From Amoebidium appalachense (Eukaryota; Protista; Ichthyosporea), in the NCBI GenBank assembly GCA_963693365.1, contig CAVNZM010000006.1, forward strand, positions 8,435,355 through 8,499,354: DNA of 64,000 nucleotides, written 5' to 3'. A model generated the notes under the pieces. That model made no database searches and was not told where the DNA came from. It saw only the letters and a list, made by a program, of their open reading frames with translations. Positions 14,216 through 46,402 of the stretch are shown piece after piece (the stretch's first letter is position 1; each line of letters opens with the position of its first letter). A program made the position numbers and the translations under genes.

Positions 14216-14643
14216 CATTGCTGGTATGTAAAAAGCAACTTTTTAATGATAGGTCTTGTTGTTTTTTAAATCTGAGCCTTAGACTGTAATATTTGAATGT
14301 TATACACGATTCTGTTTAATATATCTCAGAGGTTATGGCAGGCACCTTCGCCATACTCTTCTTCAACTCTTTTATCAATACACCGAAACTCTGTTCTTTG
14401 CCTATATGATCCTTTCAGCAACTCCCCTCCACCCCAACCACACACACACTCACTCACTAACTCTATATCTCTCTCTCCCCCTCTCTTTCTCCCACCGCCC
14501 CCCCCCCCCCCCCCCCCCGCCCTCTTTCTCTCTTTCTGCCGCCCCCCCTCGCCCCCCCCCCCCCCCCCCCCCCCCCCCTCCCCCCTCCCTCTCTCTTTCT
14601 TAGGTGGCAACGGTGGAGATTACCAGATACTCTGTCTCCTTTA

Positions 14644-15431
14644 TCTACTCTATACCTTTCTTGTTTCTTGCTGATTGCTTACTGCTGCTGGTTCCGTACC
14701 CCCGGCAATGTTCACGGCTCTTGCCTGTGATGTCTGCTCGCCTATATATGTAACCCCAGACGTCTCTGAAAAAAGAGGAATGGCCAACCCAAGTTCAGTT
14801 GCCGTGAGCAGTATACCTCAGTTTAGTTTCACAAAAAGATTGTGGATGACCTGGACACTGGCCCTTTGAGGCTGTGCCCCGCAAAACACTTTGTTTTCGT
14901 TTGAGTAGTCTAATATAGACTGTAGACTCTAACACCTCCTATACAATTCTACTAATGACCTGAGACTGTAAAGCGTTACAACCTAAAGAGCTTCCGTTTG
15001 ATTTTAGTGTTTTTGTGACGCTTTGTGTTTTTGCTTGTGATTTCTCGGCCTCCATAATTCCACCCCTTTAATGCATACATCCCCGCCCCCCCCACCCCCT
15101 GTCCTTAACACAAACAAACATATCCGCAGGTTCACTGCCTCTTCTCTCTAAGCTACACGACTCCACAGATTGCGAGCAGCCCATGTGCGCATGCACGGTT
15201 GTGTATGTGTGTGCACGTGTGTGCGTGTGCGCGTGTGTATGTGCGTGCGTGCGTGCGTGCGTGTGTGTGTGTGTGTACTATGTGCGTGTGCGCGTGCGTG
15301 CACGCGTTGAGATTGCGTGTGTGTGCAATGCGCAGGTGCGCCCCAGTACGTGTACGTGTGTGCGCCATCATGATCATGCTGGCTCGGCCCGGCCGGAGCC
15401 GGGCCGGGAGCCGCGCGCGCGGCAGACCTAG
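14644..15431 (+). mobile_element. Probable non-autonomous Helitron
   Basis: 3' end: GC hairpin CGGCCCGGC-CGGA-GCCGGGCCG and palindrome GCCGCGCGCGCGGC, then CTAG (15428-15431) followed by T. Candidate 5' end A|TCTACTCTATAC at 14644, which is less certain. Confidence 0.5.
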
Positions 15432-16072
15432 TGGGCCCCGGGATTCGGGAATCGGGGATAACTCTTTATGGTTAAACGTTCTGATCAACGGTTGGCCTAA
15501 TCTTTTCCACCAATCACAATGATTACTCACACTTTTTCGCGCCAAAATGCTACCAATATCACGGAGGGTGCACAGAAAACAGAAAATGCAGGAGGCAGGA
15601 AAGGTAGGAAGGGGAAGAGCCTCGGACGTGCCAGCCACCAGGGCCATGTTATGGAATTAAGTAACGACAGGATTGAGATGAGACACATGAGAACTAACTA
15701 ACCAACTGAGTTGACATTTACTTTGGTCACAAACCGAGGCCGCTAGGGCTGTGTGTAAGGAAACAGCAATGAAGCAAAGAGGAAAGATGTAACGTTGAAA
15801 GTTTAGGCAGTTGCCTCGAGCAGAAGTGTAGTAGGGAATAGGAGCCTGTCAAAACTTTTTGACACACACGCGCTCGCAATCTTTCTAGCGGTAAGGAGAA
15901 ACTGGACCAACCCTAATCACAACGGACTCCCTCGTGGTGCTACAAAAGACAAGCAAGGTGCTAAAAGATCATGTTCCGGGATTTTTACCGGGGGAGGCCA
16001 GCATAGACAAGAACATACAAGCACACAGAAGCACGTAAAAGCATATAAGAGGAAAGCAAGAACACCGAAAAA

Positions 16073-35081
<19,009 letters not shown>

Positions 35082-35941
35082 GTACGTGATGGAATAGGAG
35101 GAGGGAGGAGGGGAGAAAGGGTGTGTGTGTGTATGTGTGTGTGTGTTTGTGTGTGTGGCACGGGGATGGCGGGTGGGGGGTAAGGTTGAGGGGGATTGTT
35201 TGAAATACCACTATCGAGTAATTGATATATGCAAAAACATGAGCCACCTATGTGCTCTAGTCTGTATCGAAGTTCTAACCAAATCTCAGAGATTTAACCT
35301 TCGTGGAAACCATTCACTGATAGCAAGCAAAAAAAAAAAAAAGAGCCATAGGTACCTCCCTGAATACAATATGAATATATTTGTAAACATGTTTCTCATT
35401 TAAATCTATGTTTACATTCATGGGCCTTCAGTGTTGGTTAACCATTTAAAGAAAATATAGATACATATGCACCCCAAGCACGAAAAATCCCGTGCGAGTG
35501 CTCGCGCGTTGCAAAAGAAAAAAAACAATATGATACATCACAGAGCTAATCTAAAATACTGTTGTCTTGTTCTTCTACCAATGACACATAACCCAACCAT
35601 ACGTACGATTGTGTGATCAACACAGTCCCCCCCCCCCCCCCCCCCCTCCCCAGCCAGCGTGTGTTCTATTTGAAAAACTTCACCCCCTTTTGTTTTTTAG
35701 AGACGTTTACCCCTCTCCCCTCTCCCCCCCTCCCCCCTTCCCCCCCCCCCCCCCCCCCCCAAACACCCAAACACCGCTTCGCGCCTTCTGGCTTCTTTCT
35801 CTCACTCCTCCTCCAACCCCCCTGCCCCTCTCCCCCTTTCCCGCAAAGGGCCAAACTCGTACTAGGCAATCCTCCCCCCCCCCCCCCCCCCCCCAAACAA
35901 ACAAACAAAAAAAAAAACCACTCACCCACACGTTCAACCCT

Positions 35942-35989
<48 letters not shown>

Positions 35990-36089
35990 AAAAAAGGAAA
36001 AAAACTTCCACACACACTACCCTCGCTCCCTCTCCAAGGCGTGACCATTTCTCTCCCGTGCCGCATCAGGTTCAATATATCACACACCC

Positions 36090-36471
36090 TCAGGTAAGAA
36101 ATTCATCCAGATAAGGCAACCCCCAGAACAGCGCCATTGAGGCTCCTACAAGCATAAGCACGAACATGAGCATGTACAGAAACGTAACAGCCACTGGTGT
36201 GCACTTACACAACACGGCATTCAGTGGGGTCCCATCAACATGCGCCTGAAACACCCCTGCAAGGTCGGTGACTGAAAAGGGAAACAACACCACAAACGAG
36301 CCGAAAGGGGCTCACCATTTTGAAAGGATCTGAAGAAAACGGTGCTTTGGATGTCGTGCCCCGCGAACTCGCACGAATTCGTGACAGACTTTTTTTGATT
36401 TGGCTTGGGAGAGATGCCAAGGTGCCAGATGATGTGTCGCTTAGGCAAGCCGGAATGCGACTGTGAAACAT
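36090..36471 (-). other. Candidate small spliced - strand gene
   Basis: ATG 36471 opens 52 codons ending AAAATG|gtgagc. Further donor/acceptor pairs follow (gtaagt...ttgtag), and a CCAAT box lies at ~37045. Product not recognisable. Confidence 0.3.
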
Positions 36472-37399
36472 GCTGCTTTTATAACGCTTCACATGCTGGC
36501 AGAAACCCGAGGTATCAGGAGGGGAATCCAGCGTCACTTTTCACAACAGAAGTCAACAAGAAGAAGATCCCAGGTTTTGGGTCGTTGGGTGCACGCGGCC
36601 AGGTTGTAAATGCAACAGTTGTTCGCTCTTTCGAAGTAGAATGAATTGAAACTCAGCTGGCTGTGTGTATGGGCTTCATTTCAAAAAGGTGACAGCTGGA
36701 GCTTTGCTGCGTCTCAGGTTTTAACACAAACGGCAACCTTGCAGCGTAGTGATCTACTCCAAGAACATGAACAAGCTTTTCTCTTTCACAAAACGACCGG
36801 AATGCCAAATGACTGCAAGTGCATGAGTAGGAAAGTGCTTGCATGAGCTTACTCTCACACACAACGTTTCAAAGCACAAAGAAGAAACAAAGGTGAAACG
36901 GACGTGTCAGAGTTGTGTTGGAAGAAACGAGAAGTAAAATGACCGTCCGTTTTCTCACTCAGACTCACTTTCACCAAGTAGAAATGACTACGTCATTCGG
37001 CGTGTCGAAATGCTTTCTTTATCTCTCCCAGTGGCGCAAATTAGCCAATCAGCGTGAGCGAGTAGTGCCAGGTACCAGGGTTGGAGCAACGTCTTTCTTG
37101 GATCCAAATAAACGGGGAAAGTAAGTTAAGTGCTGAAGGCGTTCTGAGGTAGTAGTGTTAAGCATAGAAACATGAGCGAATCACAGGTGCTGGGTGATAT
37201 GGAACTTTGTTTCAGTTATTTCTAATATACAGAAAGAAAAAAATATTATTTTGGTTTGTATATTAACAAAGTTTTTTATCTTTATATGCAGAAACGGTTG
37301 GACGGATGTACTATCGGTGTAAGCGGCCTTCGTTTAAATACACGGGCACTTTCAAACTCGTGGAGAACCATATTTTAGCATCCTGAATGAAATTCATTG

Positions 37400-38630
37400 A
37401 CAAGCCAATGGGATTGCAGTCAGCTGCTCCCCTATACCTAGCCAGACTAACATGCATAATTTTGCATTGGTTATCTCTTAGTCATCTCAATACTTCATCA
37501 CGAGCCTCGAGACTCCTGCTTGCAGAATAGAGCCTGTTTCTGTAGTTATTGGCATTAAATTTTTCTAAATTTATTTTAAGGATATTCATAGTTTAGAAAT
37601 CACCTATGAAAAATATTTACATAGCGGTGCCAAAAATAAGAAGAAAACTGATATAATTTTATAGCTAGGAATTTCTCGTGCGCGTGGTCGCTTACATATC
37701 TATCAAGGAATATTCGCAAATATCTCTAATATTCATCCTGCCAATTTGCTCACTCTTTTTAAAGTTTTTCTTCGTCCCATGTTTCGAATATGGCCTCCCG
37801 TTACTCTGTGCCCCTCCCCTCCACGGCAACAGCGCGCGGCTCTTCGGGAATTCGATTCCTTTCAGCGTGAATTCATCCAGTTTATTTCTCGAACCTCGCG
37901 TAGGCATCCTTCCTTGCTGAGTGTTTTTGGTCTCCCTCCGGCGCGCCAGCGTATGAATGAATTAGGACTTCGCTTTTGTTTTCATTTGGTTAGGCTTCCT
38001 TCTTATCATCCTTTGTTGCAATTCTTTCCTTCTTTAGCACCTGTTCCCGGCATTTCTAATATTAATGTTCGTGCGAAATGTCCTATCCCCAATCTCTCTC
38101 CCATTCCGAGATATCCTTTTAAATACTTATCTCCTTTATTTTTCTCTTCTACTAGTTATCAACATAGTATCAGCAGTATGTTACTTGGTTTCATACTCAA
38201 TATCCTTTGCTTCATCGTTGTGATAAAGAGTATCATGGTAGGGCTCTTGAGCCTGTGCTTCTTTTTATATTAGAGACTCGTCTATTTTCTTTACAATCAT
38301 TGTGTAAATTAGCTACTTATATTTATCCTTCCTCTCGTAAGCCTACCACACTTAACGATTTTGCAATTCTAACCCCTCCTTGTGACATAGCTTGGAAATG
38401 TTTATTTTGGCGCTGTAACCTTTGTTTCCATAAATGTTTGTGCCACTTTTTGTGCAGAACCTTTTTCTCGTAAAAACTTAGATAGATGTATTTATTTATC
38501 TCAGATTATTCCGTGAGAAATTAGAAGACTGGCTTATTTAGATAATCCTGCTATTACGTCTATTGACTATCTGTTGAACCACGGTATGTTTAATGAGTTT
38601 CAATAAATCCCAGTCAATAGAAAAAAAAAG
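37400..38630 (+). pseudogene. Decayed 3' fragment of a non-LTR retrotransposon (LINE): RT C-terminal region and Cys-rich tail
   Basis: Frameshifted LFKVFLRPMF/EYGLPLL and FQREFIQFI...FGLPPARQRMNELGLRF (post-RT signature); WKCLFWRCNLC...C; terminal SIDYLLN; AATAAA at ~38602 and an A-tract at ~38621-38629. AT-rich with multiple stops. Confidence 0.6.
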
Positions 38631-40151
38631 TTTTCTTGATTGCACATGTATGATTATTTTTTTCTTTTGACTCGTTTTTATTGATCCGTTGATGAAGGCA
38701 ACGTGCAGCCACAGGCTACATTACCACCAATAGAACTGAAAAAGCCAAAGCTACGAAATAAAAATTAAAGCGACAAGTGACAAAGGACACCAGCGGGCAA
38801 AACCTTAAGTGTACATGTATGCGTGAAACTAGTTTGCTCCAACTAGTCATATGCATCGATGTTGACCAGACCACACTCCGCAAGAAGACATCATTACTGC
38901 TGCTTCCCAACAGGCCCCCCTCAAAACCTACTGAGGCACAGCAAGCAAGTCAGCCTCTAAAAGAGCAATGCAGACCAAATCTGAGCTAAAAAACAATCCC
39001 AACGGGCCCGGCCCCTAGATAACCCGGAGAAACTGCATCTAGCTCTCTGATAAGGTGGCCTAGTTGTGGCAGGACATGCAAGCAAACCCGGTCATTGCCA
39101 TACGACTGGAGGCTAAGGATTGGCAGTCGCTTGGAAAGCTCCCCGACGACCAAGTAGCCGCCCCTCCACTCACGCAGCGCAGAAGTAGCTGAAGAAGTTG
39201 CAGCAGCCCACCGCCAATAGGTCGCGTAGAAGCATAGACAGCGTGTAGAAGTTACCATAGGTTGCAGTGGAACACCAGGCGTTGAAGAAACCACTTCTCA
39301 AGCGAGAAACTCCGCGAAAGGGAGATGCCCCCACACTCTCACAGCAGTAGGAATACACCAGGCCACACCACAGACACGCTGCAGTCACGTTCCCCTGAGT
39401 CCCACCACAAAAAGAAGAAACGAAAGCCTTTATATACCTGCCATGTTGAAGAATCGGGAAAAAAAGTTGACGTGACAGCTAAGAGATCGAAGTGAAAGTG
39501 AAGTCCAAGGACTCCCTCCCCATGATTATTTAAGTCGTTATCTCCTCCGTGTGTGATCCGAGAGTGAGGGCTTTTGTATTTCCTTCTCCGAGATATCGGT
39601 GATATCTCGATGGCTTTTATTTTGCTGAGCATATCAATAAAGTCATTATAAAAAGGAATTCCGAATGTTGGGTATCTACGGCCATTCTTGATCTACCCAA
39701 TCAATGAGCCTACAGCCCCCGTTTTCGCATACCTCAATGTCACCAGACTCTTCGGCCTTTGACGCTGTCACGCTGGGCCATGGCCAGGCAAAACTTCGCA
39801 TGACTGAGCATGCAAACTGCAAACTGCAAACGGGGGGTGCGGCATGCCAGGAGCTACTACTAGAGAGAAGGGGGGGGTATGATTGGAGGGGGGGGTGTTC
39901 AGCTAACCTTATATGGATAAAGCAAAGTTACAAGGATTCAAGCCATTGGTTGGGCAAGACCCCTTTTGCCGAATATGGATAACAGATCATACACTGCTGT
40001 AGGCGGCGGTCAGGAATTGGCGCGCTCTTTACTGGTCACAACCAGTCCGGGAAGGCCATGAGCAGCATTGCCGAGCACACTGGAATACGGGAATGTTTGC
40101 GGTAACGTAGTCGCACTAGGGGGGCAGGGGGCCAGGCCCCAAGTGTTTAAA

Positions 40152-41547
40152 ATGAAGCCAGGCTGCCCTAAGGGCACAACACAGCGCCCTGGGCATAAAA
40201 CAGGCGGAGCTAGGGAGGGAGCTGGGCGCAAAAAAAAAAGATGCTGCATTTGTTCAGCCTTTAGCGAACTTTGCAGGTTTTGGGACGGCAAACAAAGCTG
40301 TTTTGCAGGAACTAAACGTAAACGTACAACCCGAACAGCCCCCTCTATCTAAGGCCGCCGACATAAGGGCCCGTGTAGTTGAGGCAGGTAGCGTCCATTC
40401 GTTACCAAGAGAAATGGATCGGGCCCCTGCTCCACACCCACCAGACATACAGGTGCAACCCGACGAGGAACCTTTGCTAAATGCAGCAGCAGATGCGTAC
40501 CGGGTAGACGAGGATGAAGGGGAGGAAGAGGGAGAAGATAATACGGACGGGGATGACGGTGGAGAGGAGTTTTCTGACGCGGCGGGCGAAACAATCAAGT
40601 CGCACCTGCACACAGTGAAAGAGAGTCTCAAAGATGAGAAGACGCCTGTGGGGTGGCATCTTCCACCTCCCATTATAGGCTTTAAATTTGGGGGCGATCC
40701 AGCGCCTTTCTACAAACCCAGATGTTTTGCCTGGCTTCCGGAAAGGTTGTCTCCCGGTTTCATGGTGCCGTGCCCCTTCGATGATCACTACGTGGACCCC
40801 CACAACCACCCCAACCCACACCGTACTTCTCGCAATGGGTTCATGAGCAACCCCGTAGGACGGCGTGTTATCGACTTTGACAGCTGCTACTACATTATCA
40901 CGGCCCGGTACTTTTGTGACACATGCAAAAAAAACTTTGCCGGCACAAACCCCCAGACAATTAAACGCCTTCCACTCTTCATGCGTGATCAGTTTCCGGC
41001 CTACCTTAGCCACCGCAGTGGGCTCGACCTAAAGGTGGTAACATTGTTGCGTGCACTGGCAGACAAAGGTGTGGGCCCAAACGCCTTTGCCACCCTCCTC
41101 TCGGAGCTCCACAAGCAGCGATACGACGAGCAGCGGCTCCTGTATTACTCGAGGGCGCTGCATTGGACCAAGTATGAACTCAAAAAGCGTAACGATTTCC
41201 GCCCCCACGACCAGCGCCTGACAGAACTTCCCCCAGAGGAGCAGGCGGCTAAGTTCTCGGCGTTTGGTGACAAAAATGGTTACGCTGGACATGTGCCTTC
41301 AGGCAAGTGTGCACTGCATTTTGGGTGTGTAAATGGTCCCCATTGTTTTGTATGCACGTGCTTGGGCATTTTTTGGGTTGGCTTGGTAGGGTTTTGTTTT
41401 ATTATTTTTTATTTTTTTTTTAGGGGGGGGGGGGGACTTGGAAATGGGTTTTGGAAGTGTGGTCAATAAGTTTCTATTATGGTGGTGGTGGATGTGTGGT
41501 GGTGGATGTGCGCCTGTGAGTGTGCGTGTACTTGTGGGTCCGTGTGT

Positions 41548-41578
<31 letters not shown>

Positions 41579-41845
41579 GGGGAGGGGGGAGGGGGGACAT
41601 GGTGATGGATTAGGTGGTGGTGGTGGCAATCAGTCATGGTGGTGGTGGTGGTGGTGGTGGTGGTGGTGGGGGGGGGGGGGGGGGGGGGGAGGGGGGGGGC
41701 AGAGGGATCATCAGAGGGGTGAAAGCATAACGGTCCATGTACCAGTGAGTGTGCTTGGGAAATCGTGGAGAACTGTTATGCCTGAAATTAGATGGTGGGT
41801 GTGCGCATGTGTGTCTGTGTGTGTTGGGGGAAAGGAGGTGGAGAG

Positions 41846-41878
<33 letters not shown>

Positions 41879-42075
41879 GGGGGGGGGGGGGGGCACATGG
41901 TGGTAGACTGGATCTTGGTGGCGGTACTTAATGGTTATTATAGTAGTGGCAGGAGGGTGTGGGGGGAAGGGCAAACGGACGTGCAGGGGACAAACTGCAG
42001 ATGGGGCACAAAGGGGAAAGAAGGTGAAAGTTGGTGCAATGACTTGGAGGGTTTGCGCGCGCCGGGAGGCGGGGG

Positions 42076-42114
<39 letters not shown>

Positions 42115-42544
42115 AACGGCCGGAGATGGGTGTGTAGCGTTTTTGAGATGGGAAAAGCCATACAGACTTACGAAAATACAGAGAGGTGAGATGAACACGA
42201 GGGACTAGAGGGAATGGGGGGGATGGTCCTGATGGGAGGGTGGTGGAGTTCTAACAGTACTTGGGGTTCAGGCAAATACCTGAGTGCCGTGTATACTGAG
42301 TTCAGCGACCGCACGGCAAAGTACCAGAGCCTGGACACGCAGCTCAAGCCCGTAAACAACGTGCTCAAGGCCGACCACACCTTCCAAATTGGGAAGCTCA
42401 CCGGCATCAATGGGGAGCCTCTGTACCGAGGCCTATGGACTTGTGTAAACGAGCTTGGCGGTGTGTGGTCCCTCCTCTTCTCCCCCCTCCCCCCACTCTC
42501 CCCCAGGCCCCCTTCCCCCCTCCCCCCCCCCCCCCACACACGCC

Positions 42545-42575
<31 letters not shown>

Positions 42576-42805
42576 ACACGCCCCCCTCCCCCCCCTCCCC
42601 CCTCCCCCCTCTAGGGCCTTTAAATCTCTTAGGCTCCACATTTAATGAGGTGGCACACTGTGAGTAGAGGTTTGTAGTATGTGGGTTTTGGGGACAATTC
42701 TTGCCCTGTCGAGCAAAAACTAGGAAGCTCCAGATATGTGTGTATGTGTTTTTGCTGGGTAGAGATTGGGGTGGGCTGGGGTGGAGCTTTCTTTTGGCGG
42801 GGAAT

Positions 42806-42867
<62 letters not shown>

Positions 42868-44360
42868 GAGCTTCTGCCAAGCAGAATGGGAGTAGGGGCC
42901 AGTGATTGCAAGGGATGCAGGGGGGGGGGGGGGGGGGGGAGGGAGACACCACCGTCGGGGTTGAAGGTAGAGAGGGCAAGAGGCCCGGGGTGGGGTGGGG
43001 GGGGGGGGGGGGGGGGGACAGTAGGTGCCATATGGAGGGCTGTCCCATGGTTTGGGGGGAGGGGGAGTGGGGAAGGATCGTGGGCACATGGGTTTGGGGG
43101 GAAGGCAGAGAGGGGGAAAGGATTGTGATCACAAGGGTTTAGGGGGAGGAAGGGGGAAGGATTGTAGGTACATGGGTTTAGGGGGAGGGGGGGGGGGAAG
43201 ATTTTGGGGGAAAGGGAGGCCTGGGGAAAGTATGTGGGCACATGGGTTTGGGGGGAAGGAGGGGGAAGGGTTTTGGGGGAGAGGGAGGGGAAAGTATGTG
43301 GGCACATGGGTTTGGGGGGAGGGAGGGGGAAAGGATTGTGTGGGCACTGAAGTCTCGTGAAGGGCCATGTGGTAAGGGAAGCTAGAACATGCATGGCTGC
43401 TCGGAGATGCCCTCTCACACAGTGCGGCACCCCAGAGATCCGGGCGCAGGTATTTACACGGGACTGCAGCCACCAGGAGATTGAGCCCGTGATCCAGCGC
43501 ATCTCTGCCACCACGGCGGCGCTCAACAGCAAGGGCCCGGCCTTCTTCTACACAGATCGGTGCTGCCAAGACCGGGCGTTTGTTGAGCGCATGTTTCCAA
43601 CCCTAGCCCGGCCAAAATGCCCCGTCCGTCTGAACGAGGCTGCGCTGGTAAGCGTGACGGACGGTCTGCCTGGGCTGGAGCTGCCGGCCAACTACCCTAA
43701 GCCGGTGTACACCGACTGCCAGGGGGCGGTGGTGGCTACAGCGGCCATTCGTGCCGACCTGGAGGGGCAGCAGCACCGCGTGGTGGGGCTGGACTGCGAG
43801 TGGGTCTATCGGGTGGGCCAGGCGCGGTCCAAGGTTTGCACGCTGCAGATTGCCACCGCACGGGCCGTGTACATCTTCCACTTGGCACGCATGGGCCCCA
43901 ACCACAGCCCGCCCGCGCGGCTGGTGGACGAGCTGATTGCGCTGCTTAGGGACCCCAGCATCATCAAGGTGGGCAAGCAGATCGGCACGGACTCGGCCCA
44001 CCTCAACAAGGACTACGGCACCCCTGTGGCCAGCTATCTGGAGCTGGGCCGGTTCTGCTATGCCCGTGCAGCTATCACCTCTGCGGCCCGGGGCTTGGCC
44101 GACATCACTGCCCAGGTCATAGGCAAGAAGCTGCCCAAGCCGGCACTTGTTCGATGCTCCAACTGGCACGAGCCGCTATCAGAGGTGCAGGCCACCTACG
44201 CTGCCCTTGATGCATATGCGTCCCTGCAGGTCTACTCGGCCGTGGTCGATAGGCCAAACCTGTCAGGTGTGTATCCCACCTGCTTTTTGCCCCAGTGCTT
44301 ATGTGCTTATGCCAGATATAGAAAGATTGTGGGCCCCCCAGAGGAGAGGGGGAGGGGGGA

Positions 44361-44392
<32 letters not shown>

Positions 44393-45567
44393 TGGCTGAC
44401 CACATGGGCCAGTGTTCCAGTTGTGTTATGCTGGGTGTCGGGTGGCTATCAAAGGAGGGGGTGATTGGTGGTGGTGGTGGTGGTGGTGGGGGGGGGGGGG
44501 GGGGGGGGGGGGGGGCTATAGCACTGTTAACACGTGCAAGTGCCACACAAGCTGGGCACTGGGAGAGGGGGGGGGGGGGAGGGGAGAAGGGGGGGGGGGG
44601 GGGGGGGGGGGGGGGAAGGGGGTTGCTAAGGAATATGCATTTGATTTTTGTGGAGCGAAGAGAAAAACGTTGGTGCTGTGGCTTTTTGGCTGAGTTTTTT
44701 GCTTCCCTCTATGACATGCAGCGCGGCTTCATGCAAAGGCACTCGGTGAAGGGGTTGAGATTGTGCCCCGGCGGGGCCCACATGCTGCAGCAGCCACCGG
44801 GGTGGTGCTGGCTGTGCAGCCGGAGCGCTGGGGGGGCATGAAGGTGGGCAAGAAGCATGCAGTGGTGCGGGTGGATCAGGTGCTGTCGCCGGCCATGCAG
44901 GTGCCCTTTGGCCCCGACAAGGGCAAGACCCTGGGAGAGCTGGGCCCGCCGCCCTTTGAGCTGATGGTGCACCTGCAGTGGCTACGGCCCATTCAGCCCC
45001 CACCGGACCCAGGTGCCGAGGTGCCGGTGGTCCCTGACCCAGCCCCTCCCCCTGCCAGGCCTCCCCCTGCCGAGCAGCAGCAACCCCTTGCCGGCCCACA
45101 GGCACCCCCCCAGGACCCCCAGGCAGCCCCGGGGGGCCTTGAGGCAGCCCCAGGGGGACCCGAGGCAGCTCCCAGAGAGGGCATGTTGGGCCAGGCACCG
45201 CCTGGGGAGGTGGTGTGGCAGACTGTGCTGAATGACGCCTTCCACTCCATTGCAAACACGGCGGACGGCACGTACAAGTCACACCCCCGCAGGGCTGAGT
45301 ACGCACGCGCACTCAGCGAGGCAATATTTGTGTGGAATGAAGAGGATTACGGACATGTGAAGGTGCCCCCCCCTCCCCCCCCCCCCCCCAAAATAAAAAA
45401 TAAAAAATAAAAATAAAAAAAACGGCAACAACAACATGCGTGACTGACGCGCACACACACATACACTCGTTAGCACACACTCACCATTCCACCCACAACC
45501 ATGCACACCTTCGACAAAACTTCTGAGGGAAGAGAGAGAGCCTGAGCCTCAGAGAGAGGGGGGGCAA

Positions 45568-45618
<51 letters not shown>

Positions 45619-46207
45619 GGGGGGGGGGGAGGAGAGTGGGGGTTATTCATATGCCTAGAGAGAAATAATGTAGGGTTGTGGGGGGAAATAGCCACATGCA
45701 TTTTTTACTTGTGTTGGGGGAGAAGATGGGGGGGGTGGAGGGGAGGGGTCCTACAATAACGGCAGGTATCAAAGTCTACCAAACCCAAATTGCAGTGTGC
45801 GTAGTAAATTAATATTGGCATCCTGCCTCACAGGGGGTGCTGGAGCAGAAGGGCATCGACATTGAAACCGAGCTCAAGGGCGGCGACCTGAGCTACTTCA
45901 TGGAGCGCATCCGGCGGGTTATTCCCGACCCATACACGCTGGTCTCGCGGCTGGTGGAGTTCAAAAACACCTACAAGGATGTGCCGCCCGGACCGGATGG
46001 CAAGCCTCTGTTCAAGAAGGATGGCTTTGAAAGACTCGAGGCAACATCCCCCCCCCCCCCCCCCCCCCTCCCCCTGCAGGCGCCCAACAACTCCACCACC
46101 ACAGAAAAGGTTCTTCGCTTATTTGTCATCCTTGGTTCATCTGCACACACACGCACACCCTAGCCTCCCCCCCCCCCCCCCCTCCCCCCCCCAAACATAC
46201 ACACACA

Positions 46208-46277
<70 letters not shown>

Positions 46278-46355
46278 CCCGCACGGCCCTTGCTGCCTAG
46301 CCAGTTGTTTTTTGCCTTTCCCTGCTCGTTTTTTTCCTTAGCAACCCCATCCCCC

Positions 46356-46402
<47 letters not shown>

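Noticed and set aside
36090-36293. ORF with an apparent transmembrane helix (FLYMLMFVLMLVG)
   Set aside because: The hydrophobic stretch coincides with a likely 63-nt gtaagt...ttgtag intron.
38968-39192. Frame with three in-frame TAGs (and TAA-rich frames near 7520-7770) suggesting stop-codon reassignment
   Set aside because: Well-supported genes here end at TAA (both transposases), TAG (13031 ORF) and TGA (lectin) and have no internal stops. Decay or chance is more likely.
43130-43185. GGGTTTAGGG telomere-like words
   Set aside because: Only two isolated occurrences, inside a G-rich intronic minisatellite.
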